Shown: positions 28,671-36,239, counted from the first letter of the stretch. The stretch: 39,136 nt of DNA from a virus (IMGVR_UViG_3300002301_000035:1-39136); one strand, 5' to 3'. Notes: generated by a model not told the origin, from the letters alone. Numbers and translations: made by a program.

Positions 28671-28738
28671 TAGCGTTCCGTATGATAATTATACCACTTG
28701 TTAAAATACTTGCAACTATATTGACAATTTGCTAGTAT
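28671..28738. promoter_or_regulatory. Divergent promoters sharing one palindromic TTGCAA -35
   Basis: TTGCAA 28710-28715; minus: 16 nt to TGgTATAAT then GAACGCTA; plus: 17 nt to TGcTAGTAT. Confidence 0.55.
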
Positions 28739-28813
28739 ATGTCATTGATTCCTTAATGGATGCTGTTGGCATGGCCATGCCTTTATATTGGCTATTCTAT
28801 AGACTTAAACCAG

Positions 28814-28842
28814 AAGCCCTAATATCGAAGGGCTTTTGTGTT
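28814..28842 (+). terminator. Intrinsic terminator-like hairpin
   Basis: AAGCCCT-loop-AGGGCTT followed by TTGTGTT. Confidence 0.55.
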
Positions 28843-28845
28843 GTA

Positions 28846-28951
28846 TAAAACAAAAAGCCATGCTACGAGGCGAATCGAACATGGCTTTCTGCTACATAGG
28901 GTCGATTCTATGTAAAGTGTCTAGGAATAAAGTGATAGAAAATACCTAGAC
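28846..28951 (-). ncRNA. Candidate ~100 nt three-hairpin sRNA
   Basis: Extended -10 TGcTATACT at 28966-28958; stems GTCTAGG/CCTAGAC and TACATAG/CTATGTA; terminator AAAGCCATG/CATGGCTTT plus U-tract. Confidence 0.5.
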
Positions 28952-28971
28952 AGGAATAGTATAGCATAAAG

Positions 28972-28980
28972 TTATCCACA
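28972..28980 (+). promoter_or_regulatory. Consensus DnaA box
   Basis: TTATCCACA; others at 25065 (reverse), 30044, 30898, 35518. Confidence 0.7.
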
Positions 28981-29135
28981 GGCGATAGTTATTGTGTGTG
29001 CTAGTATTCATACATGCAAGATTAATTGGAGAATGTGTTGAGGATAGGATTACGAAAATGAAGTTGGTAAACTGATGTGGGTATTCTTTTGTTTTGTCAC
29101 TTGGGTTTGCCCACATCATTTTATCCATTTCAATT

Positions 29136-29309
29136 ATGAATACATATAAATGTGAAGAATGTGGTAAGGAAATTGACCCTAAATATGAGGGCATTGAATT
29201 ATGTGCTAAATGTGATGAAAAGAATTGGATTACTGACCCAGTAGAAGTACAGAAAGAAATCCTGAAAGACCCTGTTTTGAAAAATCTTGTTAGCCATAGA
29301 ATTAAATGA
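29136..29309 (+). CDS. Small zinc-finger protein
   Basis: CEEC...CAKC; start refined to ATG 29136. Confidence 0.6.
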   Translation: MNTYKCEECGKEIDPKYEGIELCAKCDEKNWITDPVEVQKEILKDPVLKNLVSHRIK

Positions 29310-29455
29310 GTAAATACAAAAAAGCAAAATCAGGAGAATGGGTACCACAAAAGAAACACATGCTATGGAAATGTTGTGATTGTGGATTGATACATAATGT
29401 CTATTTTAGAATTGGAAAAGAGGGATATTTAGAAGTTAAAATGACACGAAAATGA
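29306..29455 (+). CDS. Small CCDCGLxH-type protein (49 aa)
   Basis: MSKYKKAKSGEWVPQKKHMLWKCCDCGLIH...; ATGA-coupled on both sides. Confidence 0.6.
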   Translation: MSKYKKAKSGEWVPQKKHMLWKCCDCGLIHNVYFRIGKEGYLEVKMTRK

Positions 29456-29955
29456 AAATAGAAAGAAAATGGGCAATGCCTTCAGCACAGACTTTTATAA
29501 TAAAGCCCATTGCTGAATTATTGAAAGAAGAAATAAACACAAATAAGGAGATTTGGCTTGACCCTTTTTCTGGCAGTAACAGTCCAGCACAATATCGTAA
29601 CGATTTGAATGAAGAAGAAAATGCTCAAGACCACGAAGATGCAATTGATTGGCTCAAAAGACATAAAGAAGCTGATGGTATTTTACTTGACCCGCCATAT
29701 TCAAAAAGACAAATATCAGAACATTACAAAGCTAAGGGAATGATAGTAACAGGTTGGCATACTTCATCGGGTTGGACAGCCGCAATTAAAGATGAGACCG
29801 CTAGAATATGTAAGAAGGGCGGAAAAGTAATATGCTTTGGTTGGAGTTCAATGGGATTAGGTAAGTCTAGGGGCTTTAGAATGGAAAGAATACTTCTCGT
29901 TCCTCACGGCGGCGACCATAATGACACTATCGTAACTGTTGAAACTAAGATATAA
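29452..29955 (+). CDS. Small amino-DNA methyltransferase
   Basis: LDPFSG motif I and LLDPPY motif IV. Confidence 0.85.
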   Translation: MKIERKWAMPSAQTFIIKPIAELLKEEINTNKEIWLDPFSGSNSPAQYRNDLNEEENAQDHEDAIDWLKRHKEADGILLDPPYSKRQISEHYKAKGMIVTGWHTSSGWTAAIKDETARICKKGGKVICFGWSSMGLGKSRGFRMERILLVPHGGDHNDTIVTVETKI

Positions 29956-29983
29956 TAAAAAGACTCCTGTGTGGAGTACAAGG

Positions 29984-30006
29984 AGCCGCCCTAAAAAGCG
30001 GCTTTT
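29984..30006 (+). terminator. Intrinsic terminator
   Basis: AGCCGC-loop-GCGGCT followed by TTT. Confidence 0.55.
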
Positions 30007-30043
30007 GCCTTACTCTAAAATAGTCTATTGACACCGAGGAAAG

Positions 30044-30090
30044 TTATCCACACCACACATCTTTACTTTACAATCAAAAGACTATAAACT
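30044..30090 (+). promoter_or_regulatory. DnaA box plus promoter TTTACT-17-TAAACT
   Basis: TTATCCACA 30044-30052, -35 at 30062, -10 at 30085. Confidence 0.55.
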
Positions 30091-30097
30091 AGGATTA

Positions 30098-30216
30098 CAT
30101 GTGGAATGATAATTCAACAAAAGAATATGTGAATGATAGCGCACAGGGTGCAACATTTCGTTCCTTGAACGTTATCATCCACATGATGCCGTAGAAGTCG
30201 CCGCAAGGCGATTTTT
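30098..30216 (+). ncRNA. Structured leader/sRNA ending in an intrinsic terminator
   Basis: CATGTGG.ATGATAA.TTCAA pairs with TTGAA..TTATCAT.CCACATG; terminator AAGTCGCC-GCAA-GGCGATTT-TT. Confidence 0.55.
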
Positions 30217-30428
30217 GCGTTTATAAAATCCTTTCGGTGTCCCACAAGGACAGAGCTTTCAGTTCAAACGCTCTATAAACCAAACTGCAATATGGTGTGT
30301 TCTAAAAGTCCATGCAATGTTTACTCCTAACAACATGGCCTCCCATGAGCACATCATCAACCGAAAGCTCCCGTCTGCCAGCCTGTGAGGGTATGGGAGA
30401 ATAGAGGAGCTATTACAAGATTATTAAA

Positions 30429-30680
30429 ATGAACGAATATATAAATACGAATATAAGCCATATCAGCGTATCAATGCCTGTGATTAAAGAATCAAAAGGT
30501 GCTAGCGAATGGAAGTCTACGATAAAGATGTTTCAAGATGAGATGCCTTCTTTGAAACCTTCTTTCATAGCTTTGAGGATTGCACCTTTCAAGGAAGATA
30601 GGACAGCCATTCACATCCTTTTCAATCAATGCAAACATGCCAGAAACTTTACCAGCTTATTTATTTATAAAACAAAATGA
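30429..30680 (+). CDS. Hypothetical protein
   Basis: 83 aa ORF with A-rich leader. Confidence 0.65.
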   Translation: MNEYINTNISHISVSMPVIKESKGASEWKSTIKMFQDEMPSLKPSFIALRIAPFKEDRTAIHILFNQCKHARNFTSLFIYKTK

Positions 30681-30823
30681 GACAACCTTTAAACTTCATC
30701 TGCACATGCTGGTTCATCATCTCTAAAGGAGATGAGTGTTCCATCTGTCACGATACATACGAAACCATTTGCAAGAGGACGAAAGAAAACAAGGATGTCA
30801 GACGTCATGAAAAGAGCTTCTGA
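30677..30823 (+). CDS. Small Cys-containing protein (48 aa)
   Basis: ATGA overlap; CTC...CSIC. Confidence 0.5.
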   Translation: MRQPLNFICTCWFIISKGDECSICHDTYETICKRTKENKDVRRHEKSF

Positions 30824-30897
30824 AGGCGTTCTAAAATAATAACAAAGTATTGGGCACGAAAAAAGCTATTGGATAAGCCATTAAATAGCTCGTAAAG

Positions 30898-30944
30898 TTA
30901 TCCACAGGTACCCCATTGCAATCTACATATAGTTATACTATACT
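30898..30944 (+). promoter_or_regulatory. DnaA box plus promoter TTGCAA-17-TATACT with palindromic operator
   Basis: TATAGT-TAT-ACTATA at 30928-30942 overlaps the spacer and -10. Confidence 0.7.
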
Positions 30945-30949
30945 CATAC

Positions 30950-31050
30950 TAGCCTCTTTGAAGAAAGTCGGGCGAACATAACAACGATAGGACAGCGCGG
31001 GCTTTCCTTCTCGATAGTTATAAGTACCACGGCTTTCTCCAAGGAGGCTA
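30950..31050 (+). ncRNA. Long rod-like leader hairpin of the main early operon
   Basis: TAGCCTCTTTG.AGAAAGTCG pairs with CGGCTTTCT.CAAGGAGGCTA (about 20 bp) plus inner stems. Confidence 0.6.
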
Positions 31051-31126
31051 ACACCAGAAAGATATTGCGAACATAAGTAGCAACCTCAATCTGATGAAAT
31101 AGGTCGAACTTAACAAAATAAATAAA

Positions 31127-31609
31127 ATGAAATATACAAAGATTTTTTACGGGAACCAATTTGTTACAAAGTTCTATGTCGGTCATCTCACCAAGTGGCA
31201 GAGGTTTTGCAGGAAGTTCGAGAAGTATGCAAAGCGCACAATCGTCATAGGGGGAATATTCACGGCGATCGGCTGGGCATATGTTGGAGGCACTATGACA
31301 AAAATGACGACGGCAGATACTAAAATCATCTATATGCAATCTACCTCAACACCGGCAATGTTGCTTAAAATATGCAAAGCAGAGAGCGGGTTGCGTCAAT
31401 TCGATTCAAATGGCAATGTATTGCGCGGCAAAGTCAATCCAAGCGATATAGGATATTGCCAAATAAATGAGCCTATTTGGAATGATAAAGCACGCAAATT
31501 AGGTTATGATATATACACAGAGCAAGGCAATAAAGACATGGCATTGTGGATATATAATAATTACGGTGATTCGCCTTGGGATAGCTCAAAATCTACATGG
31601 AACAAATAA
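31127..31609 (+). CDS. Membrane-anchored lytic transglycosylase (lysozyme-like, SLT/Rpf-type)
   Basis: TM segment TIVIGGIFTAIGWAYVG, catalytic AES, DIGYCQIN, GDSPW. Confidence 0.75.
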   Translation: MKYTKIFYGNQFVTKFYVGHLTKWQRFCRKFEKYAKRTIVIGGIFTAIGWAYVGGTMTKMTTADTKIIYMQSTSTPAMLLKICKAESGLRQFDSNGNVLRGKVNPSDIGYCQINEPIWNDKARKLGYDIYTEQGNKDMALWIYNNYGDSPWDSSKSTWNK

Positions 31610-31610
31610 C

Positions 31611-31739
31611 ATGACAAACTTCTTCAACGAAATAGAACAGCCATATCAAGAGCCACCTATGTCCACCGAGGACAAAGTATGGCTCGCAATCATTCCAGTC
31701 GCATTGATTGTGCTTTATATCCTAATAAAATCATTATAA
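31611..31739 (+). CDS. Small membrane protein (42 aa)
   Basis: C-terminal TM helix VWLAIIPVALIVLYILI; ATG 31611. Confidence 0.6.
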   Translation: MTNFFNEIEQPYQEPPMSTEDKVWLAIIPVALIVLYILIKSL

Positions 31740-31749
31740 AATCACTAAC

Positions 31750-31953
31750 ATGGAAGCTAAACTAACACCAGCGGATAGAATAACCAATTCCATTCTTTAT
31801 GGAGACCCTAGGGGATATGGATACTCACACCCTACTGGACGAGAGAAGTTTGAGGCTTCTAAAAACATCTTCCCTTACGAAGACGATAAGGAGTATCAGC
31901 AAAAGGTCGATAGCGAGAGGAGTCCGGTAGAATTTACTCATAACGATTTCTAA
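31750..31953 (+). CDS. Hypothetical protein
   Basis: 67 aa ORF in tight operon. Confidence 0.65.
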   Translation: MEAKLTPADRITNSILYGDPRGYGYSHPTGREKFEASKNIFPYEDDKEYQQKVDSERSPVEFTHNDF

Positions 31954-31954
31954 A

Positions 31955-32125
31955 ATGTCATATAACACCGTAGCAGAATTGAAAAAGCATGAAACGCAAT
32001 GTAAGTATCACCACATACCATTCCTTGAGGAAAATAATCATAAGTGCATAGCTCACGATCTGAATTTCCTCTCGAAAAAAGCCTACTTTTATCACTTAAA
32101 AGCAATCAAACATGAAAACGATTGA
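31955..32125 (+). CDS. Small His/Cys-rich protein (56 aa)
   Basis: MSYNTVAELKKHETQCKYHH...CIAH; fills gap in operon. Confidence 0.5.
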   Translation: MSYNTVAELKKHETQCKYHHIPFLEENNHKCIAHDLNFLSKKAYFYHLKAIKHEND

Positions 32126-32372
32126 AGAAATAAAAGGAAATTTAGTAAGTGCAATCGTAAGTAAAAAGATAGAAGCATGTACCGAATTACTTATGAAGTA
32201 TTGCAATCTGAAACCTCAATATGACGGAATGTTTGCCAGAGAGTTATCCTTGAAAATAATCAACGCCATTCAAGACGCAGAAAATACTACAATGGGCGAT
32301 GACATGGTCGATGCTTTAGGGTTCAAAGAGTCCCTAGATATTTTAGACAAGCTAACTATTATAAAAAAATGA
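32112..32372 (+). CDS. Hypothetical protein
   Basis: 86 aa ORF overlapping neighbours. Confidence 0.65.
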   Translation: MKTIEEIKGNLVSAIVSKKIEACTELLMKYCNLKPQYDGMFARELSLKIINAIQDAENTTMGDDMVDALGFKESLDILDKLTIIKK

Positions 32373-32566
32373 GCACAATACCAGAAGCAGAAATAGCAGC
32401 AGCTAAAGCAAATGGACTTATGGAAGTCGATGGTGAGTGGGTAAAGATAACTGGCCATTGCGATTATTGTGGAGAGCCTGTTTCAGAAGGAGACGAACAT
32501 GACATACATGCAGGAGATGAAAGTTTAACCCTCTGTGATGCTTGTTATGACCACGCAACAACATGA
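32369..32566 (+). CDS. Small zinc-finger protein
   Basis: CDYC...CDAC; ATGA overlaps. Confidence 0.65.
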   Translation: MSTIPEAEIAAAKANGLMEVDGEWVKITGHCDYCGEPVSEGDEHDIHAGDESLTLCDACYDHATT

Positions 32567-32763
32567 AAACGATTAACCAAACAATCAGCGAGCTATATCC
32601 TTCCTCGATGAACAATGCAGGCCGCATCATCAGGGGTTGGATAGATACCATGCAGATGAAGCCTTCCGAGAGCTTGAATCAGCAGGTAGAGGCTATCATA
32701 GGCTTCGGGGCAGATTACATGTTAGGTGACGAGGGAAATGAACCGAAAACTTATCAAGAATAA
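32563..32763 (+). CDS. Hypothetical protein
   Basis: 66 aa, ATGA overlap. Confidence 0.6.
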   Translation: MKTINQTISELYPSSMNNAGRIIRGWIDTMQMKPSESLNQQVEAIIGFGADYMLGDEGNEPKTYQE

Positions 32764-32775
32764 TTAAATAATAAA

Positions 32776-33144
32776 ATGACTTTAATAGAATGGTTAGTTT
32801 CAATTGTAATCGTATTGGGGATATTAATGATAATAGTTTTTATTCCACTTACCATGATTAGTGGATTCACATTAACATCAACAAGCGGTGAACATACAGG
32901 ATATGTTACCGCAACCCAACAGACAGGTATTATATGGAAGACATGGGATGTGTATTTCAAGACAAATACCACATCAACTCAGGAAGATGAGTATTGTGTT
33001 GCTGATTCAAATTTGGTTTCTGAATTGCAAGCAGACCAGCAGAACAGCAAACAAATAACCATCCAATTCGCAGAAGGAATGTGGATGATGCCATTATGGA
33101 AATGTTCAGGTTCAGATTCTGCAATAATTACTGGAATAAAATAA
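32776..33144 (+). CDS. Membrane-anchored protein with extracytoplasmic beta domain
   Basis: N-terminal TM helix; GYVTA..TGIIWKTW motif; two Cys. Confidence 0.7.
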   Translation: MTLIEWLVSIVIVLGILMIIVFIPLTMISGFTLTSTSGEHTGYVTATQQTGIIWKTWDVYFKTNTTSTQEDEYCVADSNLVSELQADQQNSKQITIQFAEGMWMMPLWKCSGSDSAIITGIK

Positions 33145-33156
33145 TCAAATAAAATA

Positions 33157-33759
33157 ATGTCTAAAGCGCCATACACCAAAAAAGAATATCCATTAGCTCC
33201 AGCAGGAACCTTCATTGCTCGAGTAGTATCAATCATCGATCTCGGCACACAGAAGACTTCATGGCAGGGAATGGAAAAGGATACTCCGCAAATAAACATT
33301 TCTTTCGAGCTTCCAACGGAACTATATGAGTTCAAGGAAGGCGAATCGAAGAAGCCGTTTGTCATCTCGAACACTTATTCCCACATGATGGGAAAGAAAG
33401 CGAAGTTGCGCCCTATCACCGAAGCAATCTTGGGAGTAGCTTTGAAAGATGAAGAAGCCTACTCATTCGACCACGATGAGCTTATTGGTCTCCCTTGCCA
33501 GCTCACAGTCGTTCACACGGAAAAAGATGGAAACACTTACGCCAACATTGGAGCGATCTCCCCTCTCCTCAAAGGTCTTGCCTGTCCTCCACAAGTCAAT
33601 CCTTCAAAAGTTTTGAGTTTTGAAAAGTGGGATAAGGAGATATTTGATGCACTTCCAAAGTTCCTCAAGGAGAAGATAGTTGCTTCACCTGAATATTCAA
33701 AAATGACAGGAAATACGGTTAAAACCGATATATCAGTCGATGATATACCATTTAACTAG
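33157..33759 (+). CDS. Putative ssDNA-binding/replication protein
   Basis: PAGTFIARVVSIIDLGTQ, YANI and acidic aromatic C-terminus DDIPFN typical of phage SSBs. Confidence 0.65.
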   Translation: MSKAPYTKKEYPLAPAGTFIARVVSIIDLGTQKTSWQGMEKDTPQINISFELPTELYEFKEGESKKPFVISNTYSHMMGKKAKLRPITEAILGVALKDEEAYSFDHDELIGLPCQLTVVHTEKDGNTYANIGAISPLLKGLACPPQVNPSKVLSFEKWDKEIFDALPKFLKEKIVASPEYSKMTGNTVKTDISVDDIPFN

Positions 33760-33818
33760 TCCTGTGAGCCTCTACAAGCCCCGTAGAGGCATGTTTAACC
33801 ACTCACTCGATACTTATC

Positions 33819-34301
33819 ATGTCTGATACTATAAAACTCCTATATGCCCGTATAAAGGATATGTGCATCGTTCCTTCAAACAGGAAAGAGTACGCCACTT
33901 TTCTTGAACAGAACGAAGGAAAGGATATACGGATACAAAGGGTTACGGGGTTGAGAACAGAGAAGCAGAATAATTCTCTCCATTCTTGGTGTAGTCAAGT
34001 GGCTAAAGAATTGAATGAAAAGGGTTTGACTGTTCAAGAGGTATTAAAAAAGACAATCGACCTTGACTGGAATACCTATCGAGTGAAAGACATTCTATGG
34101 AAAAGCGTTCAAGAAGCCTTAACTGGTAAAAAAAGTACTACGCAACTTGATAAGACAAAAGAAATAGATGAGATATGGGAACATCTTAATAGATTTCTCG
34201 GACAAAAATGTGATGGTATTTATGTCCCATTTCCTCACGAAGAAAAGGTCGAAGAAAAGCCTATTGATTATCCTAAAGAAACTTATAATCCAATTTTCTA
34301 A
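33819..34301 (+). CDS. NinB/Orf-like recombination mediator
   Basis: RTEKQNNSLH and STTQLDKT motifs. Confidence 0.5.
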   Translation: MSDTIKLLYARIKDMCIVPSNRKEYATFLEQNEGKDIRIQRVTGLRTEKQNNSLHSWCSQVAKELNEKGLTVQEVLKKTIDLDWNTYRVKDILWKSVQEALTGKKSTTQLDKTKEIDEIWEHLNRFLGQKCDGIYVPFPHEEKVEEKPIDYPKETYNPIF

Positions 34302-34341
34302 AATGAAAAATCTTCACGACATAATACAAAAGAATATGGAA
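34298..34341 (+). repeat. 44-bp direct repeat, copy 1 (copy 2 at 36269-36312)
   Basis: CTAAAATGAAAAATCTTCAC(G/A)ACATAATACAAAAGAATATGGAA, one mismatch. Confidence 0.9.
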
Positions 34342-34875
34342 AATAACACATGTGCAGAGTGTGGACATATAAATGGATTTCACTTGGATGATTGTCAATA
34401 CTATAATAAACCAAAAGTATTAGATGTCTGTTGTGGCCCAAAAGGAATGTGGTTCGATAAGCATGATGAAAGAGCATTATATTTGGATAAACGACGGGAG
34501 ACACATAAAAATGATTATCCGTCGGGATATAAAGAAATGTCTATTAACCCAGATATTATTGGAGATTTTACCGATATAAAGCAAGCAGATAATTCATTCT
34601 ATCTCGTTGTCTTTGACCCACCACATATAGCACAGGACACTGATGGTGAAATAACAAAAAGATATGGGGCATTACGAGGTGATTGGAGGGAAGAGATACG
34701 AAAAGGATTTTCAGAATGTTTCCGTGTATTAAAACCGAATGGTACACTTATATTCAAATGGAATGAGGTACGATTTTCTGTAAAAGAAATACTTAAACTT
34801 ACTGACCAGAAACCTCTATTTGGACATAAAAGTGGAAAGAAAATGCAAACACATTGGATTACTTTTATTAAATAA
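34303..34875 (+). CDS. SAM-dependent DNA methyltransferase (DPPH)
   Basis: VLDVCCG motif I, VVFDPPH, ECFRVLKPNG; start refined to ATG 34303. Confidence 0.85.
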   Translation: MKNLHDIIQKNMENNTCAECGHINGFHLDDCQYYNKPKVLDVCCGPKGMWFDKHDERALYLDKRRETHKNDYPSGYKEMSINPDIIGDFTDIKQADNSFYLVVFDPPHIAQDTDGEITKRYGALRGDWREEIRKGFSECFRVLKPNGTLIFKWNEVRFSVKEILKLTDQKPLFGHKSGKKMQTHWITFIK

Positions 34876-34882
34876 AACTAAA

Positions 34883-35116
34883 ATGAAAAACTCAACACGT
34901 TATGAAATAGTGAAATATCTTGAGACCGAACATAACAATGCTTTTGTCTTTGCTGGAACGATCGCCCGCAAGATACATGAGATGACGGGAACGAAAGAAA
35001 GCCAAGTAGAAAGACGTTTGAGAGAAATGGCGAATGATGGAGTGTTGGAAAAAATATACTCATCGGTCAATGGAAAAGGTCGGTTCGTTTGTTACAAACA
35101 AAAATGCTATGATTAA
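34883..35116 (+). CDS. Winged-HTH DNA-binding protein
   Basis: ESQVERRLREMANDGVLEK helix-wing pattern; ATG 34883. Confidence 0.6.
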   Translation: MKNSTRYEIVKYLETEHNNAFVFAGTIARKIHEMTGTKESQVERRLREMANDGVLEKIYSSVNGKGRFVCYKQKCYD

Positions 35117-35118
35117 AT

Positions 35119-35538
35119 ATCAAACAAACAAGACTAAAAAAGCAAAGCAAACAAAAAATCTCCGTCATTCAGAGAAAGATTTGGGAGTTGTGCCGAGAGA
35201 TTATCAGAAAGAAGTACCCGAATGTGTGCTATACCTGTGGTCGAATGGGTCTTGGAGGTTCGAATTGGCAAACAAGTCATCTTTGGCCGAAGGCTTCTCT
35301 TGGTGCATACCTCAAATACGACTTACGAGTCCTACGACCCTCTTGCTATCATTGCAACATAAATCTGGGCGGAAATGGCGCAGTGTTTTACGAAAGGATG
35401 TTAAAGGAAATCGGCCAAGAAAAAATGGACGAGCTTCAAAAAGACAGGCAAGTGCTAGTTAAAGCATACGACCACTACCTAACCCTCATTCCAAAATATG
35501 AAAAGATACTCCAAGAGTTATCCACACCCCTTACTTGA
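35119..35538 (+). CDS. NinG/Rap-like HNH-type nuclease, probable ATC start
   Basis: CYTC, QTSH, LRPSCYHCN..GGN; frame opens after TGA 35110-35112 as ATC-KQTRLKKQSKQKISVIQRKIWELC. Confidence 0.75.
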   Translation: MKQTRLKKQSKQKISVIQRKIWELCREIIRKKYPNVCYTCGRMGLGGSNWQTSHLWPKASLGAYLKYDLRVLRPSCYHCNINLGGNGAVFYERMLKEIGQEKMDELQKDRQVLVKAYDHYLTLIPKYEKILQELSTPLT

Positions 35539-35562
35539 TATAGTTATACTATATGATACATT
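35518..35562 (+). promoter_or_regulatory. DnaA box plus promoter TTGATA-16-TACATT with the same palindromic operator
   Basis: TATAGT-TAT-ACTATA at 35539-35553. Confidence 0.6.
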
Positions 35563-35568
35563 AAACAC

Positions 35569-35772
35569 ATGAAAGAATTAACAATAACAGAAGCACAAGA
35601 CTTATTCGGCAAGATAGGGAGATATGACTTCCGGCGTTTCTCGAATGGTCGATACGAGAAAGTGAAGTGTGAAGTGGAGATCGTAGGGATAGATAAGCAC
35701 AGCAATATATTAGTACAAGTAGTCAGTTCAGAGCCATTTAAAATTAAATATCCTAGCTTAACACTAAACTAA
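35569..35772 (+). CDS. Hypothetical protein
   Basis: 67 aa ORF after promoter. Confidence 0.65.
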   Translation: MKELTITEAQDLFGKIGRYDFRRFSNGRYEKVKCEVEIVGIDKHSNILVQVVSSEPFKIKYPSLTLN

Positions 35773-35774
35773 CC

Positions 35775-36053
35775 ATGCTCGACTTTAAAATGAAATCAAT
35801 AGAAGCCATCCAAGACATCGTAATGATAGGCTTGATAGTCATATTCTATCTCGTCATACCAGTGGGATTCGTAGTATCGACGACAATCGCGATAAATCTA
35901 TATCATCAATCCTCATTCACTTCTGACATGAAGTACAACGTCGCATTGCCTAAAGGAATATCTCTGCCACAAAATTGTGGCGTCGGACAAGCATCATCGA
36001 AGGCAGAGGCGCAAAAGGTCGCAGATGAGACGGGGTGTCCCGCTTACTACTAA
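35775..36053 (+). CDS. Membrane protein
   Basis: One TM helix and two C-terminal-domain Cys. Confidence 0.65.
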   Translation: MLDFKMKSIEAIQDIVMIGLIVIFYLVIPVGFVVSTTIAINLYHQSSFTSDMKYNVALPKGISLPQNCGVGQASSKAEAQKVADETGCPAYY

Positions 36054-36071
36054 CAATAAAGTAATACTAAA

Positions 36072-36239
36072 ATGAACACAGTAGATAAAAAAGTATCAGA
36101 ATACCTTTACCGAGCAGATGTCATCATTTCGACAAGTGATGTGGCGGCCAAACATGATTTAGGAATCGGCGCACAAATTGAAATTGCCAAAATGATTCAG
36201 CTTGAAGAACTTAATCGTATAGAAATAACTGGCAACTAA
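36072..36239 (+). CDS. Hypothetical protein (55 aa)
   Basis: MNTVDKKVSEYL...IEIAKMIQLEE; CTAAAATG leader. Confidence 0.55.
   Translation: MNTVDKKVSEYLYRADVIISTSDVAAKHDLGIGAQIEIAKMIQLEELNRIEITGN

Noticed and set aside
28756-28848. 30-aa ORF MDAVGMAMPLYWLFYRLK... as type I toxin
   Set aside because: A terminator-like hairpin lies inside it, the hydrophobic stretch is short and it barely overlaps the opposing sRNA
35034-35462. 142-aa ORF overlapping the NinG-like gene
   Set aside because: Alternative frame without recognisable motifs; CxxC and HNH-type motifs are in the 35119..35538 frame
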